From contig CBDBDQ010000005.1 in assembly GCA_965203905.1 (NCBI GenBank), forward strand, positions 6,176,001 through 6,240,000: DNA of 64,000 bases. The letters run 5' to 3'. The DNA is from Spirochaetia bacterium. GTDB lineage: Bacteria > Spirochaetota > Spirochaetia > SZUA-6 > Bin103. Positions 28,920 to 37,463 of the stretch are shown here, piece by piece (position 1 is the first letter of the stretch; each line of letters opens with the position of its first letter). The notes beneath the pieces were generated by a model. It had not been told where the DNA came from. It searched no databases and worked only from the letters and a program-made list of their open reading frames with translations. Both the position numbers and the translations under genes were made by a program.

Positions 28920-30604
28920 CAGATACCTTTCGCCAGCGTGTCGAGCACCGCGGCCGGATCGCCCGTCACCTGAATGGTGAGCACCGCACGGCCGCCGGCG
29001 ACCAGCGCCTGCCGGTCGCCGAGCGCCTGGGCCTGCTTCAGCACGTCGAAGCTGAGCGCCGCGGCCGGCTCCCCGGCCCGGTCCGGGATCGGCAGGTCGG
29101 GAACGCTGGCGGTGACGATCTGCAGGCAGCGGCCACGCCCGGCGTCGCCCTTGTGCAATTGCCCGGTGGAGTGCAGGAACCGCGGGCCGTAGCCGCTGGT
29201 GGTAGCCAGGCAGGTGCGCGCGCGCGCCGCTCCGCGCAAACCCTGCAGCGCGGCGTCGGTCTCCGCGGTCGGCGGCACGTAGGCCTGCAGCGCCAGGTAG
29301 GAGCCGGCCGGCGCCGCGTCCAGGAAGCCGGCCAGCGCCTGCGCCGGCGTGCTGCCGCGCACTTCGCCGTAGAGCGCCAATCCGTCTCCCCGCAGCGCCG
29401 GCTCCTCGGCAGGCAGGCGGCCCTCCGCCTGGTAGGCGGCCACCATCTGCCGCGCCTGCACCTTGGCCGCCTCCACGTTCGGCTGGTCGAACGGGTTTAT
29501 GCCCAGCAGCGCGCCGGCGACGGCGGTCGCCATCTCCCAGACGAAGAACTGCGCCGCCACGTCGTAACGATCCTCAAGCTGCAGCGTGACCAGCGGCTGG
29601 TCCGCAGCGCGCAGTCCTTGCGCGAGGTCCGCCGTGGCCTGATCCGCACCGTGGCGCAGCCACACGAACAGCCGGTCGGCGCCATACTCCCCTGCGGATG
29701 CCGGCGGCTCGCCGACCACCGGCACGATGCCGCTGCCCTCCTTGCCGGTGCTCTCGGCGATGAGCTGCTCCACCCAGTCGCCGAAGCTCGCCAGCTCGGC
29801 GCCGCACAGCAGGGTCAGCTTGTCGCGCCCGGCCGCGGCCGCGGTGCCCAGGACGATCCCCAGTCGCAGCGCCACGTTGTCGTCGTCACCGGCCGGCCGC
29901 TCCGCCGCGGCACCGGCGGCCGCCTGCCGGCCACGGCGCAGCAGGGTGCGCAGGTCCAGCCCCAACAGTGCCGCCGGCACCAGCCCGAATACGCTGAGCG
30001 CGGAGTAGCGGCCGCCGATCGTCGGGTCACCCAGAAACGTGCGGCGGAACGCATACTGGGCGGCGGTGTCCGCGAGGCCGCTGCCCGGATCGGTGATCGC
30101 CACGAAGTGCTCGCCCGCCGCTGCCCTTCCCAGCTCGTCCGCCACCCGGTTGTAGCAGTACTTGAACAGGGAGAACGTCTCCACGGTGCCGCCCGACTTG
30201 GTGGACACCAGAAACAGCGTGCGACGCAGGTCGAGCGGTGCCACGCACGCGGCCACGGCACAGGGATCGGTGCTGTCCAGCACCGCCAGGCGCAAGCCGT
30301 CCGGCTGTGGGCCGAAGGTGCGCGCCAGCACCTCCGGGGCGAGACTGGATCCGCCCATTCCCAGCAGCAGCACGTCGCGGTACCCCTCGCCGCGGACCGT
30401 GGCGGCGAAGCGCCCCAGGTCGGCAATCTCCGGCTCCATGCGGTCGGCGATGTCGAGCCAGCCGAGGCGGTCACTGATCTCGGTAGGATCCGGCTTCCAG
30501 ACGCGGTGATCGCGGGCCTGGATGCGCCGCATCAGACCCTCGTCATCAGCGCGGACGAGAGCTCGCCGCACCGGCTCACGCAACGGGCCGAGGTGCAGTT
30601 TCAT
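28919..30604 (-). CDS. pgi: Glucose-6-phosphate isomerase (type found in Tal-Pgi fusions, here stand-alone)
   Basis: RLGWL, GMGGSSLAPE, STKSGGTVET, IGGRYSALS, EQLIAESTGK, INPFDQPNVE, GPRFLHSTGQLHKG. Confidence 0.9.
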   Translation of the reverse strand: MKLHLGPLREPVRRALVRADDEGLMRRIQARDHRVWKPDPTEISDRLGWLDIADRMEPEIADLGRFAATVRGEGYRDVLLLGMGGSSLAPEVLARTFGPQPDGLRLAVLDSTDPCAVAACVAPLDLRRTLFLVSTKSGGTVETFSLFKYCYNRVADELGRAAAGEHFVAITDPGSGLADTAAQYAFRRTFLGDPTIGGRYSALSVFGLVPAALLGLDLRTLLRRGRQAAAGAAAERPAGDDDNVALRLGIVLGTAAAAGRDKLTLLCGAELASFGDWVEQLIAESTGKEGSGIVPVVGEPPASAGEYGADRLFVWLRHGADQATADLAQGLRAADQPLVTLQLEDRYDVAAQFFVWEMATAVAGALLGINPFDQPNVEAAKVQARQMVAAYQAEGRLPAEEPALRGDGLALYGEVRGSTPAQALAGFLDAAPAGSYLALQAYVPPTAETDAALQGLRGAARARTCLATTSGYGPRFLHSTGQLHKGDAGRGRCLQIVTASVPDLPIPDRAGEPAAALSFDVLKQAQALGDRQALVAGGRAVLTIQVTGDPAAVLDTLAKGI

Positions 30605-30615
30605 CGGCGGCGCGC

Positions 30616-31530
30616 TCACTCGGGTGCACCTTCCCCGGCGCCGTGCACGTTGCCGGAGGCGGTGGGCCGTTCGCTCTGGCCCCACGGCATCGGCATGCTC
30701 GGCAGCTCCCGGTGGTGGTCGCCGCGCGGCGGCTTGGGCAAGGAACGGAACTCGCGCAGCATGCGCGCCAGTTGCGTTGACGCCTCGCGCACCACCCGCT
30801 CGCCCTTCTCCTTGCTGCCCAGCGTGGCCTGACCGAGAACGCCAGAGTCGCTGTACGAGGCGGTCCACGAGATCTTGGTGCCCGGTCCGTGCGCGAACAG
30901 GTCGGTGTACTGGAAATCGGACCCGTGGCGATGGTAGGCGATCTCGCCGTCGACGATGCGATCCTTGCGCACGTTGTCCTCGTCGAGGAACAGGTAGACC
31001 GAGGTCTCCAGCTCGCAGGCGTGGGCGATGCCGCCGGGGAAGCGGCTCTCGCGCCAGCTCGGCATGAATGCGGGATCCACCGCCAGCAGATGCCACCAGT
31101 TGCAGGCGATGCACTCGGCGTCGGTCTCCAGGTTCACGCGCCGCGCCGCCAGGTCGAGGTTGGGGGCGTTCGAGCCGTGCCCGTTGAGGAACACGATCTT
31201 CTTGAAGCCGTGATACGCCAGGCTGGCGCCGATGTCGACGATGCACTTGATGAAGTGCTCCCAGTGGATGTTGGTGGTGCCGGGAAAATCCATCACGTGG
31301 GCGGCGTAGCCGTGCACGAACGGATGCATCACCAGCACCTCGTCGGGGATCTGGCGCGCCGCCGCCTCGGCGATGCCGCGCGGACACACCACGTCCACGT
31401 CGAGCGGCAGGTGCGGGCCGTGCTGCTCGGTGGACCCCACCGGGCACACCACCACCCGGTTGGCGGCCACCGCGTCATTGATCTCGGGCCAGGTCAGCTT
31501 CTCGTATCTCCAAGGCTCAGCGCGTGGCAT
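30616..31530 (-). CDS. Creatininase-family amidohydrolase
   Basis: PVGSTEQHGPHLPLDVD, FPGT, NGHGSN, HACELETS. Confidence 0.92.
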   Translation of the reverse strand: MPRAEPWRYEKLTWPEINDAVAANRVVVCPVGSTEQHGPHLPLDVDVVCPRGIAEAAARQIPDEVLVMHPFVHGYAAHVMDFPGTTNIHWEHFIKCIVDIGASLAYHGFKKIVFLNGHGSNAPNLDLAARRVNLETDAECIACNWWHLLAVDPAFMPSWRESRFPGGIAHACELETSVYLFLDEDNVRKDRIVDGEIAYHRHGSDFQYTDLFAHGPGTKISWTASYSDSGVLGQATLGSKEKGERVVREASTQLARMLREFRSLPKPPRGDHHRELPSMPMPWGQSERPTASGNVHGAGEGAPE

Positions 31531-31679
31531 TCATTTCCTCCTGTCCGGCGGCCAGCTCCGCCAGCTCCACCCAATGTCCCGCGGCGGACGACCGCAGGGC
31601 GGCCTCCATCGTCTCCTGCACGTGCAGCCCGGCGCCCAGGTCGGGGTCGGCCGACGCGCAGCGGTCTTCGCGCCGCCAT
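31517..31679 (-). pseudogene. Internally deleted Gfo/Idh/MocA oxidoreductase ghost
   Basis: MAARRPLRVG (Rossmann start) joined out of frame to PDLGAGLHVQETMEAALRSSAAGHWVEL (typical C-terminus); both ends overlap the neighbouring genes. Confidence 0.65.
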
Positions 31680-32482
31680 CACTCCCCGACGTCGCAGACC
31701 CGGTAGGCCTGTTCCAGGGACGCCAGCAGGTTACCGCGGGGCTTGAACTCGTGACCCAGGAAAAGGCTGTAGTCGGAGTCCGCGATGGCGCTGCAGATGC
31801 CGCGGTAGTTGAGCTCCTGGGTGTCGTCCAGCTCCTCGCGTCCCGGGTTGCCGGCGGTATGGAAGTGGCCGATGTGCGGCAGCGCGCGACGGATGGCGCG
31901 GATCACGTCGCCCTCCATGATCTGCATGTGGTAGATGTCGAACAGCAGCTTCACGCGCGGGCTGTCGACCATCTCGCACAGTGCCACGCCCCAGTCGCTG
32001 CGGTCGCACAGGTAGCCGGGATGGTCGACGCGGCTGTTGAGCAGCTCCACGTTGAGGTTGACGCCGCGTTCCTCGGCGTACGGAGCGATGCGGCGCAGCA
32101 CGCGGGCGCACTCGACCATCCCCTCCAGGTCGCTCTGGCCGTGGAGCCGGTTGCCGGAGAAGACGATCAGGCCCGGCACCCCGTGCTGCGCCGCCAGCTC
32201 GACGGAGTCGCGCAGCTCGGCCTCGATCCGGGGATGGTTGGCCGGATTGTTGCAGCCGTCCGGCAGCGACGCATGGCCCATGATGCTGGCCAGCACCAGC
32301 CCCTGCTCCGCCGCCAGCGCGGCCACCTCTTCCACGCTGAACTCGTCTTCCACCGGGCCGCCGCTGCGGCCCCACATCTCCACGGCCCGGTAGCCGATGC
32401 GGGCAGCTTCGCGGCACAGCTCCGCCAGGGACGAAAACTGTGGCTGGAAGATGGGGAAACAGAACGATTGCTTGATCCTCAC
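31679..32482 (-). CDS. Hydroxypyruvate isomerase-family TIM barrel protein
   Basis: AVEMW, VELLNSRVDHPGY, KLLFDIYHMQIMEGD, HFHTAGNPGR.E; GTG start VRIKQSF. Confidence 0.9.
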   Translation of the reverse strand: MRIKQSFCFPIFQPQFSSLAELCREAARIGYRAVEMWGRSGGPVEDEFSVEEVAALAAEQGLVLASIMGHASLPDGCNNPANHPRIEAELRDSVELAAQHGVPGLIVFSGNRLHGQSDLEGMVECARVLRRIAPYAEERGVNLNVELLNSRVDHPGYLCDRSDWGVALCEMVDSPRVKLLFDIYHMQIMEGDVIRAIRRALPHIGHFHTAGNPGREELDDTQELNYRGICSAIADSDYSLFLGHEFKPRGNLLASLEQAYRVCDVGE

Positions 32483-32593
32483 GGCGCCATCATACCCCGG
32501 ATCCCGCCACCTGGGGCAGCGCGCGACAGACCCCGCAGCCCCCCGGCCGCGCCAGGCCACCCGGTTTGACCCGCGGCCGGCAGACGCTGAACA

Positions 32594-33742
32594 ATGCGTA
32601 GCGGAGGGGAAACCATTCGCATTGGCGTCATCTGCGGCGGGCAGTCCGCCGAACACGACATCTCCCTGCGTTCCGCGCGCGCCGTGGCCGCGGCGCTCGA
32701 CGGCACCCACGAAGTGGTGCTCATCTACATCCAGCCCGACGGCACTTGGCGGCTGGCGGACCCGCGGCGGTTCATCGCGCATGCCACGGCGACCCGGGAT
32801 GCACCGCCGCGGCTGAGCGGCGGCCCGCTGACCCTCAGCGGCGGCGCCGCGTCTGCCGCGCCACCGCCCGCCTTGGACCACGCCGCCGCCCGACTCGTGG
32901 ATCTGGCCAGCGGTACCCCTTCGCCGCCGCTGGACGTCGTGTTCCCGGTGCTGCACGGCCCGTTCGGAGAAGATGGCACCGTGCAGGGACTGCTGGAGTT
33001 GGCGGGCGTGCCCTACGTGGGCGCGGGGGTGCTCGGCTCCGCCGTGGCCATGGACAAGGAGGTGACCAAGCGGCTGCTGCGCGACGCCGGCATCGCCAGC
33101 GCCCGCTTCCGCGCCCTGCGCGGTCCGCTGCAGGCGGCCGCCGCGGAGCGGATCTGCGCCGACCTGGGCCTGCCGCTGTTCGTCAAGCCGGCCAACCTCG
33201 GCTCTTCGGTGGGCGTGAGCAAGGTCGCCGCCTGCCGCGACCTCCCCGCGGCCGTAGCGGCGGCACTGCGCCACGACCGCAAGGTCCTGGTTGAGGAGTA
33301 CGTCGACGGTCGCGAGCTGGAGGTGTCGGTGCTCGGCAACGACCGCCGCGCGGCCTCACTGGCCGGCGAGATCGTCACCGGGAAGGCACACGAGTTCTAC
33401 AGCTACACCGCCAAGTACCTCGATGCCGATGGCGCCGAGCTGCTCATCCCCGCGCCGCTGTCCGACGCCGAACAACAGCGGGCGCGCGACCTGGCGTGCC
33501 GGGTGTGCGAAGTGCTGGAGGTGGAAGGGATGGCGCGCGTCGACTTTTTTCTGCGCTCTTCCGCCACCGCGCAGGGACAGCCCGACCTGTTGGTCAACGA
33601 GGTCAACACCATCCCCGGCTTCACCGAGATCAGCATGTACGGGAAGCTGTGGGAAGCCAGCGGCGTGCCGTTCGCGGAGCTCCTGCACCGGCTCCTCGAC
33701 CTCGCCGTCGAGCGCCACCGCAACCGCTCGCGGTTGCAGTGA
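32594..33742 (+). CDS. ddl: D-alanine--D-alanine ligase
   Basis: GGQSAEHDISLRS, LHGPFGEDG, MDK, KPANLGSSVG, FYSYTAKY, NEVNTIPGFT. Confidence 0.96.
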   Translation: MRSGGETIRIGVICGGQSAEHDISLRSARAVAAALDGTHEVVLIYIQPDGTWRLADPRRFIAHATATRDAPPRLSGGPLTLSGGAASAAPPPALDHAAARLVDLASGTPSPPLDVVFPVLHGPFGEDGTVQGLLELAGVPYVGAGVLGSAVAMDKEVTKRLLRDAGIASARFRALRGPLQAAAAERICADLGLPLFVKPANLGSSVGVSKVAACRDLPAAVAAALRHDRKVLVEEYVDGRELEVSVLGNDRRAASLAGEIVTGKAHEFYSYTAKYLDADGAELLIPAPLSDAEQQRARDLACRVCEVLEVEGMARVDFFLRSSATAQGQPDLLVNEVNTIPGFTEISMYGKLWEASGVPFAELLHRLLDLAVERHRNRSRLQ

Positions 33743-33835
33743 GCTCCACCGGCGCGGCAGCGCCCATCCTGCTCTGGTTCCGGCACGACCTGCGGCTGAC
33801 CGGCCACCGGCCCTGGATCGAGCTTCCGGCCCCGT
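33739..33835 (+). pseudogene. 5' remnant of DNA photolyase/cryptochrome
   Basis: GTGA overlap with the ddl stop; reads VSSTGAAAPILLWFRHDLRLTGH, the WFRxDLRL signature; rest of gene absent. Confidence 0.7.
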
Positions 33836-33838
33836 GGT

Positions 33839-34597
33839 ATGAACCTGCAAGTGAAGGACTACACTGCGGCAACCTACGGCGATCGGATCGCGGAGCGCTA
33901 CGACCGCATGCATCCCGACGGCCCCGCCACGCAGGCGATGGTGGACGTGCTGGCCGGGCTGGCTGCCGGCGGGCGTGCCTTGGAGTTGGGCATTGGCACC
34001 GGCCGCGTGGCGCTGCCCCTGGCGGCACGCGGCATCGAGGTGCATGGCATCGACGCCTCCCGCGCCATGGTGGCGAAGCTGCACGCCAAGCCGGGAGGCG
34101 CAGCCATGCCGGTCACCATCGGTGACTTCGCCGAGTTCCAGCTCCACGGCAAGTTCAGCCTGGTATTCGTCGTCTTCAATACGTTCTTCGGCCTCGTCAC
34201 CCAGGACGCGCAGGTACAGTGCTTCAGCCACGTTGCCTCCCATCTGGGCCCCGGCGGGGTGTTCCTGATCGAGGCGTTCGTACCCGATCCGGGCCGCTTC
34301 ACCCGCGGCCAAAGCCTGGGATTGACCCGTGTCGAAGCGGACCAGGTAGAACTGGACGTCGCGGCACATGACCCGTTGACGCAACGCATCCACTCTCAGC
34401 ACGTGATCTTCACCGACTCGGGGACGCGCCTGTACCCGGTGCAGCTGCGCTACGCCTGGCCCTCCGAGCTGGACCTGATGGCCCGCCTCGCCGGGCTGCG
34501 CCTGCGTGAACGCTGGAGCGACTGGAGCGGCGCACCGTTCATGGCCGCCAGCAGCAGCCACATTTCCCTCTACGAACCTGACCCGCAGCGGGACTGA
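33839..34597 (+). CDS. Class I SAM-dependent methyltransferase
   Basis: YGDRIAERYD, ALELGIGTGRVA, GIDAS, FNTFF, HLGPGG, RYAWPSELDLMARLAG. Confidence 0.9.
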   Translation: MNLQVKDYTAATYGDRIAERYDRMHPDGPATQAMVDVLAGLAAGGRALELGIGTGRVALPLAARGIEVHGIDASRAMVAKLHAKPGGAAMPVTIGDFAEFQLHGKFSLVFVVFNTFFGLVTQDAQVQCFSHVASHLGPGGVFLIEAFVPDPGRFTRGQSLGLTRVEADQVELDVAAHDPLTQRIHSQHVIFTDSGTRLYPVQLRYAWPSELDLMARLAGLRLRERWSDWSGAPFMAASSSHISLYEPDPQRD

Positions 34598-34601
34598 GAC
34601 C

Positions 34602-35456
34602 CTGACCCGGCTCGACTGCGAACAATCACTCGACCTGGAGAGCACGCTGTTCAGCGGGCAGGCCTTTCGCTGGCGCCGCGTAGGAGGTTGCTACCAGGGC
34701 GTGGTCTTCCAGAATCTCGTCACGCTGCGGCCGACCGGCGCCGGCGTGGAATTCGCCACGCATCCCGACAGCGCAGTTCGCATCGCGCCGCTGCTGGCGG
34801 ACTACCTGTCCCTCGACACTGACCTGGCGCGGATCTACGGCTCCCTTTCCGCCGACAGTCGTCTGGCTGCCGCCCTCCCCCGTCATCGGGGAATGCGCGT
34901 GCTGCGCCAGGACCCCTGGGAGTGTCTGATCTGCTTCCTGTGCACTGCCGCCTCCAATATCCCGCGCATCACCCGCAACATCGAATCGATCTGCCGAGCA
35001 TACGGACGGCCGCTGCAAGAACGAACTGCGACGCGGCACAGCTTTCCCACGCCTGAGCAGTTGGCGGCAGCCGGCGAGGTCGAGCTCCGGGCACTCGGGC
35101 TCGGCTACCGGGCGGCCTACCTGACGTCGGTGGCGCGCAGCATCGCTGCCGGCGACCTCGATCTGTACGCACTGCGGGATGCGCCGTACCAGGCGGCGCT
35201 GGATGCGCTGCTGTCGCTCCACGGGGTCGGCGACAAGGTGGCCAACTGCGTGCTGCTGTTCGCGCTGGATAAGCCCGCCGCATTCCCCGTGGACACCCAC
35301 GTCGCGCAGCGCCTGCGCGAGTGGTATCCCGCCTGCGCACGGCTGAAACCGGTGCAGATGCGGGCCTGGGCCCAGGATCACTTCGGTCCTCACGCCGGCT
35401 ACGCCAACCACTACCTGTTCCACGACCGGCGACTCGCGCGCGACCGGCGAATATGA
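34602..35456 (+). CDS. 8-oxoguanine DNA glycosylase (Ogg1-like HhH-GPD); start uncertain (CTG 34602 or GTG 34506)
   Basis: TLFSGQAFRW, RVLRQDPWECL, NIPRI, GLGYRA, GVGDKVANC, FPVDTH. Confidence 0.88.
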   Translation: MTRLDCEQSLDLESTLFSGQAFRWRRVGGCYQGVVFQNLVTLRPTGAGVEFATHPDSAVRIAPLLADYLSLDTDLARIYGSLSADSRLAAALPRHRGMRVLRQDPWECLICFLCTAASNIPRITRNIESICRAYGRPLQERTATRHSFPTPEQLAAAGEVELRALGLGYRAAYLTSVARSIAAGDLDLYALRDAPYQAALDALLSLHGVGDKVANCVLLFALDKPAAFPVDTHVAQRLREWYPACARLKPVQMRAWAQDHFGPHAGYANHYLFHDRRLARDRRI

Positions 35457-35504
35457 ATCAGGCGCCGTGAAGCCACTTTCGCCAGGGCACGATAAATCAT
35501 TTTA

Positions 35505-35635
35505 CAATAGGTAAATCGATGCGCACGCCGTCCGGGTAGCGGCGCTGTGTCCACGCCGACTTGCCGGTGCCGCAGCGGATCGAACAGGTAGTAGCTCTGC
35601 GCGGGAGGATCGAAAAATCGATCTACAAACGCCAT
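35505..35635 (-). pseudogene. 5' remnant of AAA_14/DUF4143-type ATPase
   Basis: MAFVDRFFDPPAQSYYLFDP, then after a 1-nt shift GTGKSAWTQRRYPDGVRIDL; ends there. Confidence 0.6.
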
Positions 35636-35643
35636 ATTGAGTC

Positions 35644-36468
35644 TCAATGTGGCGCTAACGTATCCATTTTGTAACCGAATCCGGGGCTCAGCGGACGGCG
35701 CGTTCGTTGAACGAGGAGACCGAGCGCCTGGCAGAAATCCTCCTGGTGCAGACGCCTCGTGCGGCCATCCGCGCCCAGGTAGCGGTCGTAGCGTTCGACC
35801 ACGAGGTAGGGGCGTCCCGCAACCGAGCGCGGCTCCACCGCCGCTACGGAGAGTCCAAGCTCGGCGGCAAGTCGCATCGCAAACGCTTCGTTCTCCACGG
35901 CCGCGGGAAAACGGTCGAGCGCCGGCTTGAGAATGTGGGTAGTCGGTTGCCCGGGCGCCGGTATTCCAACCTGATCTCCGACGAGGACGACCGGCATCTT
36001 CGATTGCGCCCCGGCGAGGGACAGTCTCAACCGTCTCCCCGCGCCGGCCAGGAAGGGGTGCGTCGGCAGGGAGTCCAGAAGATCGATCATGCCCTCATCG
36101 GACAACGCCTTGGTCTGGTCCCGCGGCTCGTGCAGCGGTGGCGTCTCTCCTTTCGGCCACAGCGTCAGCGCACCCGCGACCTCGCCGCCGAGCCGCTCCA
36201 GCAGTCCGAATTCGTTGTCCGGCGAGACTCCCAGGACACGGGCAACCGCGTCGCGCTGTGCACCCTCGGGGAGAAGGCCTTCGAAGAACGGCCGGCACAG
36301 ACGGCGCCGGAACGGCTCCCGGCGTTTCGGCAGCGAGCAGGAGAGCGCCGGCGAGTCGTCCCGCGCCAGCCATTCCTCGGCGTAGGTGAACTGCATCTGA
36401 CCATCGCGATCGAGAGCGAGCGATCCGACTACCGCCCCCTCCCACCGCACCGTCAGGGCGCGCGTCAC
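35644..36468 (-). pseudogene. hipA: HipA toxin, C-terminally truncated
   Basis: HipA N-domain (FFEGLLPEG), P-loop SLAGAQSK, THILKP, ENE, VERYDR, HQEDFCQALG; similarity stops there, and no GNxDxHxKN catalytic loop is present. Confidence 0.85.
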
Positions 36469-36695
36469 TGCCGCACCGGCTCGCCGTCAGCGCCCGGAGG
36501 CGGCTCGATCCTGAGCGTGCATCCCAGCGCCTCGAGTACGGCCAGCACCTTGCCGAGTTGGGCGGTCGGTTTACCGCGCTCCACCTCGACCAGAAAGCGC
36601 ACGCCGACGCCCGCGGCCGCCGCCAACTGATCCTGACGCAGCCCCTGAGCGCGCCGCGTGCCGCGAACGAGCTGTCCAATCTGCTTCGGGCTCAT
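36465..36695 (-). CDS. hipB: HipB-like XRE antitoxin (y4mF type)
   Basis: RRAQGLRQDQLAAAAGVGVRFLVEVERGKPT; GTGA overlap with hipA. Confidence 0.88.
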   Translation of the reverse strand: MSPKQIGQLVRGTRRAQGLRQDQLAAAAGVGVRFLVEVERGKPTAQLGKVLAVLEALGCTLRIEPPPGADGEPVRQ

Positions 36696-36702
36696 GCCTT
36701 GC

Positions 36703-36773
36703 CTTTCCCGAGCGGGAAAGATACGACCGATTGGCCCGATCGACAACCGAATTGTCCTGATCGGGACAATTCG
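36703..36773. promoter_or_regulatory. Palindromic operators upstream of hipB
   Basis: CTTTCCCG-AG-CGGGAAAG 36703-36720, degenerate GCCCGATCGAC ~36734, CGAATTGTCC-TGATCG-GGACAATTCG 36748-36773; shared core CCCGATCGGG. Confidence 0.72.
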
Positions 36774-36832
36774 AGGGAACGGACAGGCGGCTTGATCATT
36801 GACTCACTCGACCGGGAGCCGCCATGCAGCTG

Positions 36833-37453
36833 CTACATGGCGAGGAGTTGCTTGATGCGCATGAGGCGGGTGATGTTGCCGCGCTCCAGCTCCTCCAGCT
36901 TGGAGGAGATCATGCGGATGGTCTCGGCCTGCTGCGGGATGAGGACGTACTCCAGGGCGTTGACGCGGCGGCGGGTCTTCTCGATCTCGTCGGCGACCAG
37001 CTCGATGGTTTTTTCTGCCTCGGCCAGCTTCACCAGGCGTTCCAACACCTCTTTGAGCTTGACGATGGCCTGATCGAGTTCGACCACGGTGCCGTCGGTG
37101 CCGTAGGAGAGCAGGTTGCCCTCGATGGCGAACGAGAACACGGGCACGCGCACGTTCATGATCAGCTTTTCGGTCATGGTCAGCTCGGCCTCGCACTCCG
37201 GGAACGCCAGCGCGCTGCGGTACACCTCCGCCGGCATCGAAGCCGAGGCCACGATGAACTGCTGGAACAGCTCGCCGAGTTCGCTGTCCACCTGGCTGCG
37301 CAGCACCGCGTAGTCCTGCACGATGCCGGTGAAGTCCTTCAGCAGCCCCTCCAGCTTGTCCTTCAGCAGCTTGTGGCCGCGCTGCGCAAACTGCTGCTTC
37401 TTCTTCATGCGCAGCAGCTCCATGCGGTTGGGACTGACGGCGACGGTGGCCAT
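36833..37453 (-). CDS. atpD: V/A-type ATP synthase subunit D
   Basis: PNRMEL, RGHKLLKDK, EIEKTRRRVNALE. Confidence 0.95.
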   Translation of the reverse strand: MATVAVSPNRMELLRMKKKQQFAQRGHKLLKDKLEGLLKDFTGIVQDYAVLRSQVDSELGELFQQFIVASASMPAEVYRSALAFPECEAELTMTEKLIMNVRVPVFSFAIEGNLLSYGTDGTVVELDQAIVKLKEVLERLVKLAEAEKTIELVADEIEKTRRRVNALEYVLIPQQAETIRMISSKLEELERGNITRLMRIKQLLAM

Positions 37454-37463
37454 CGTATCGCGC

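Noticed and set aside
28919-31447. 842-aa transaldolase-Pgi fusion
   Set aside because: The N-terminal extension is an alternate frame of the creatininase gene with no transaldolase motifs.
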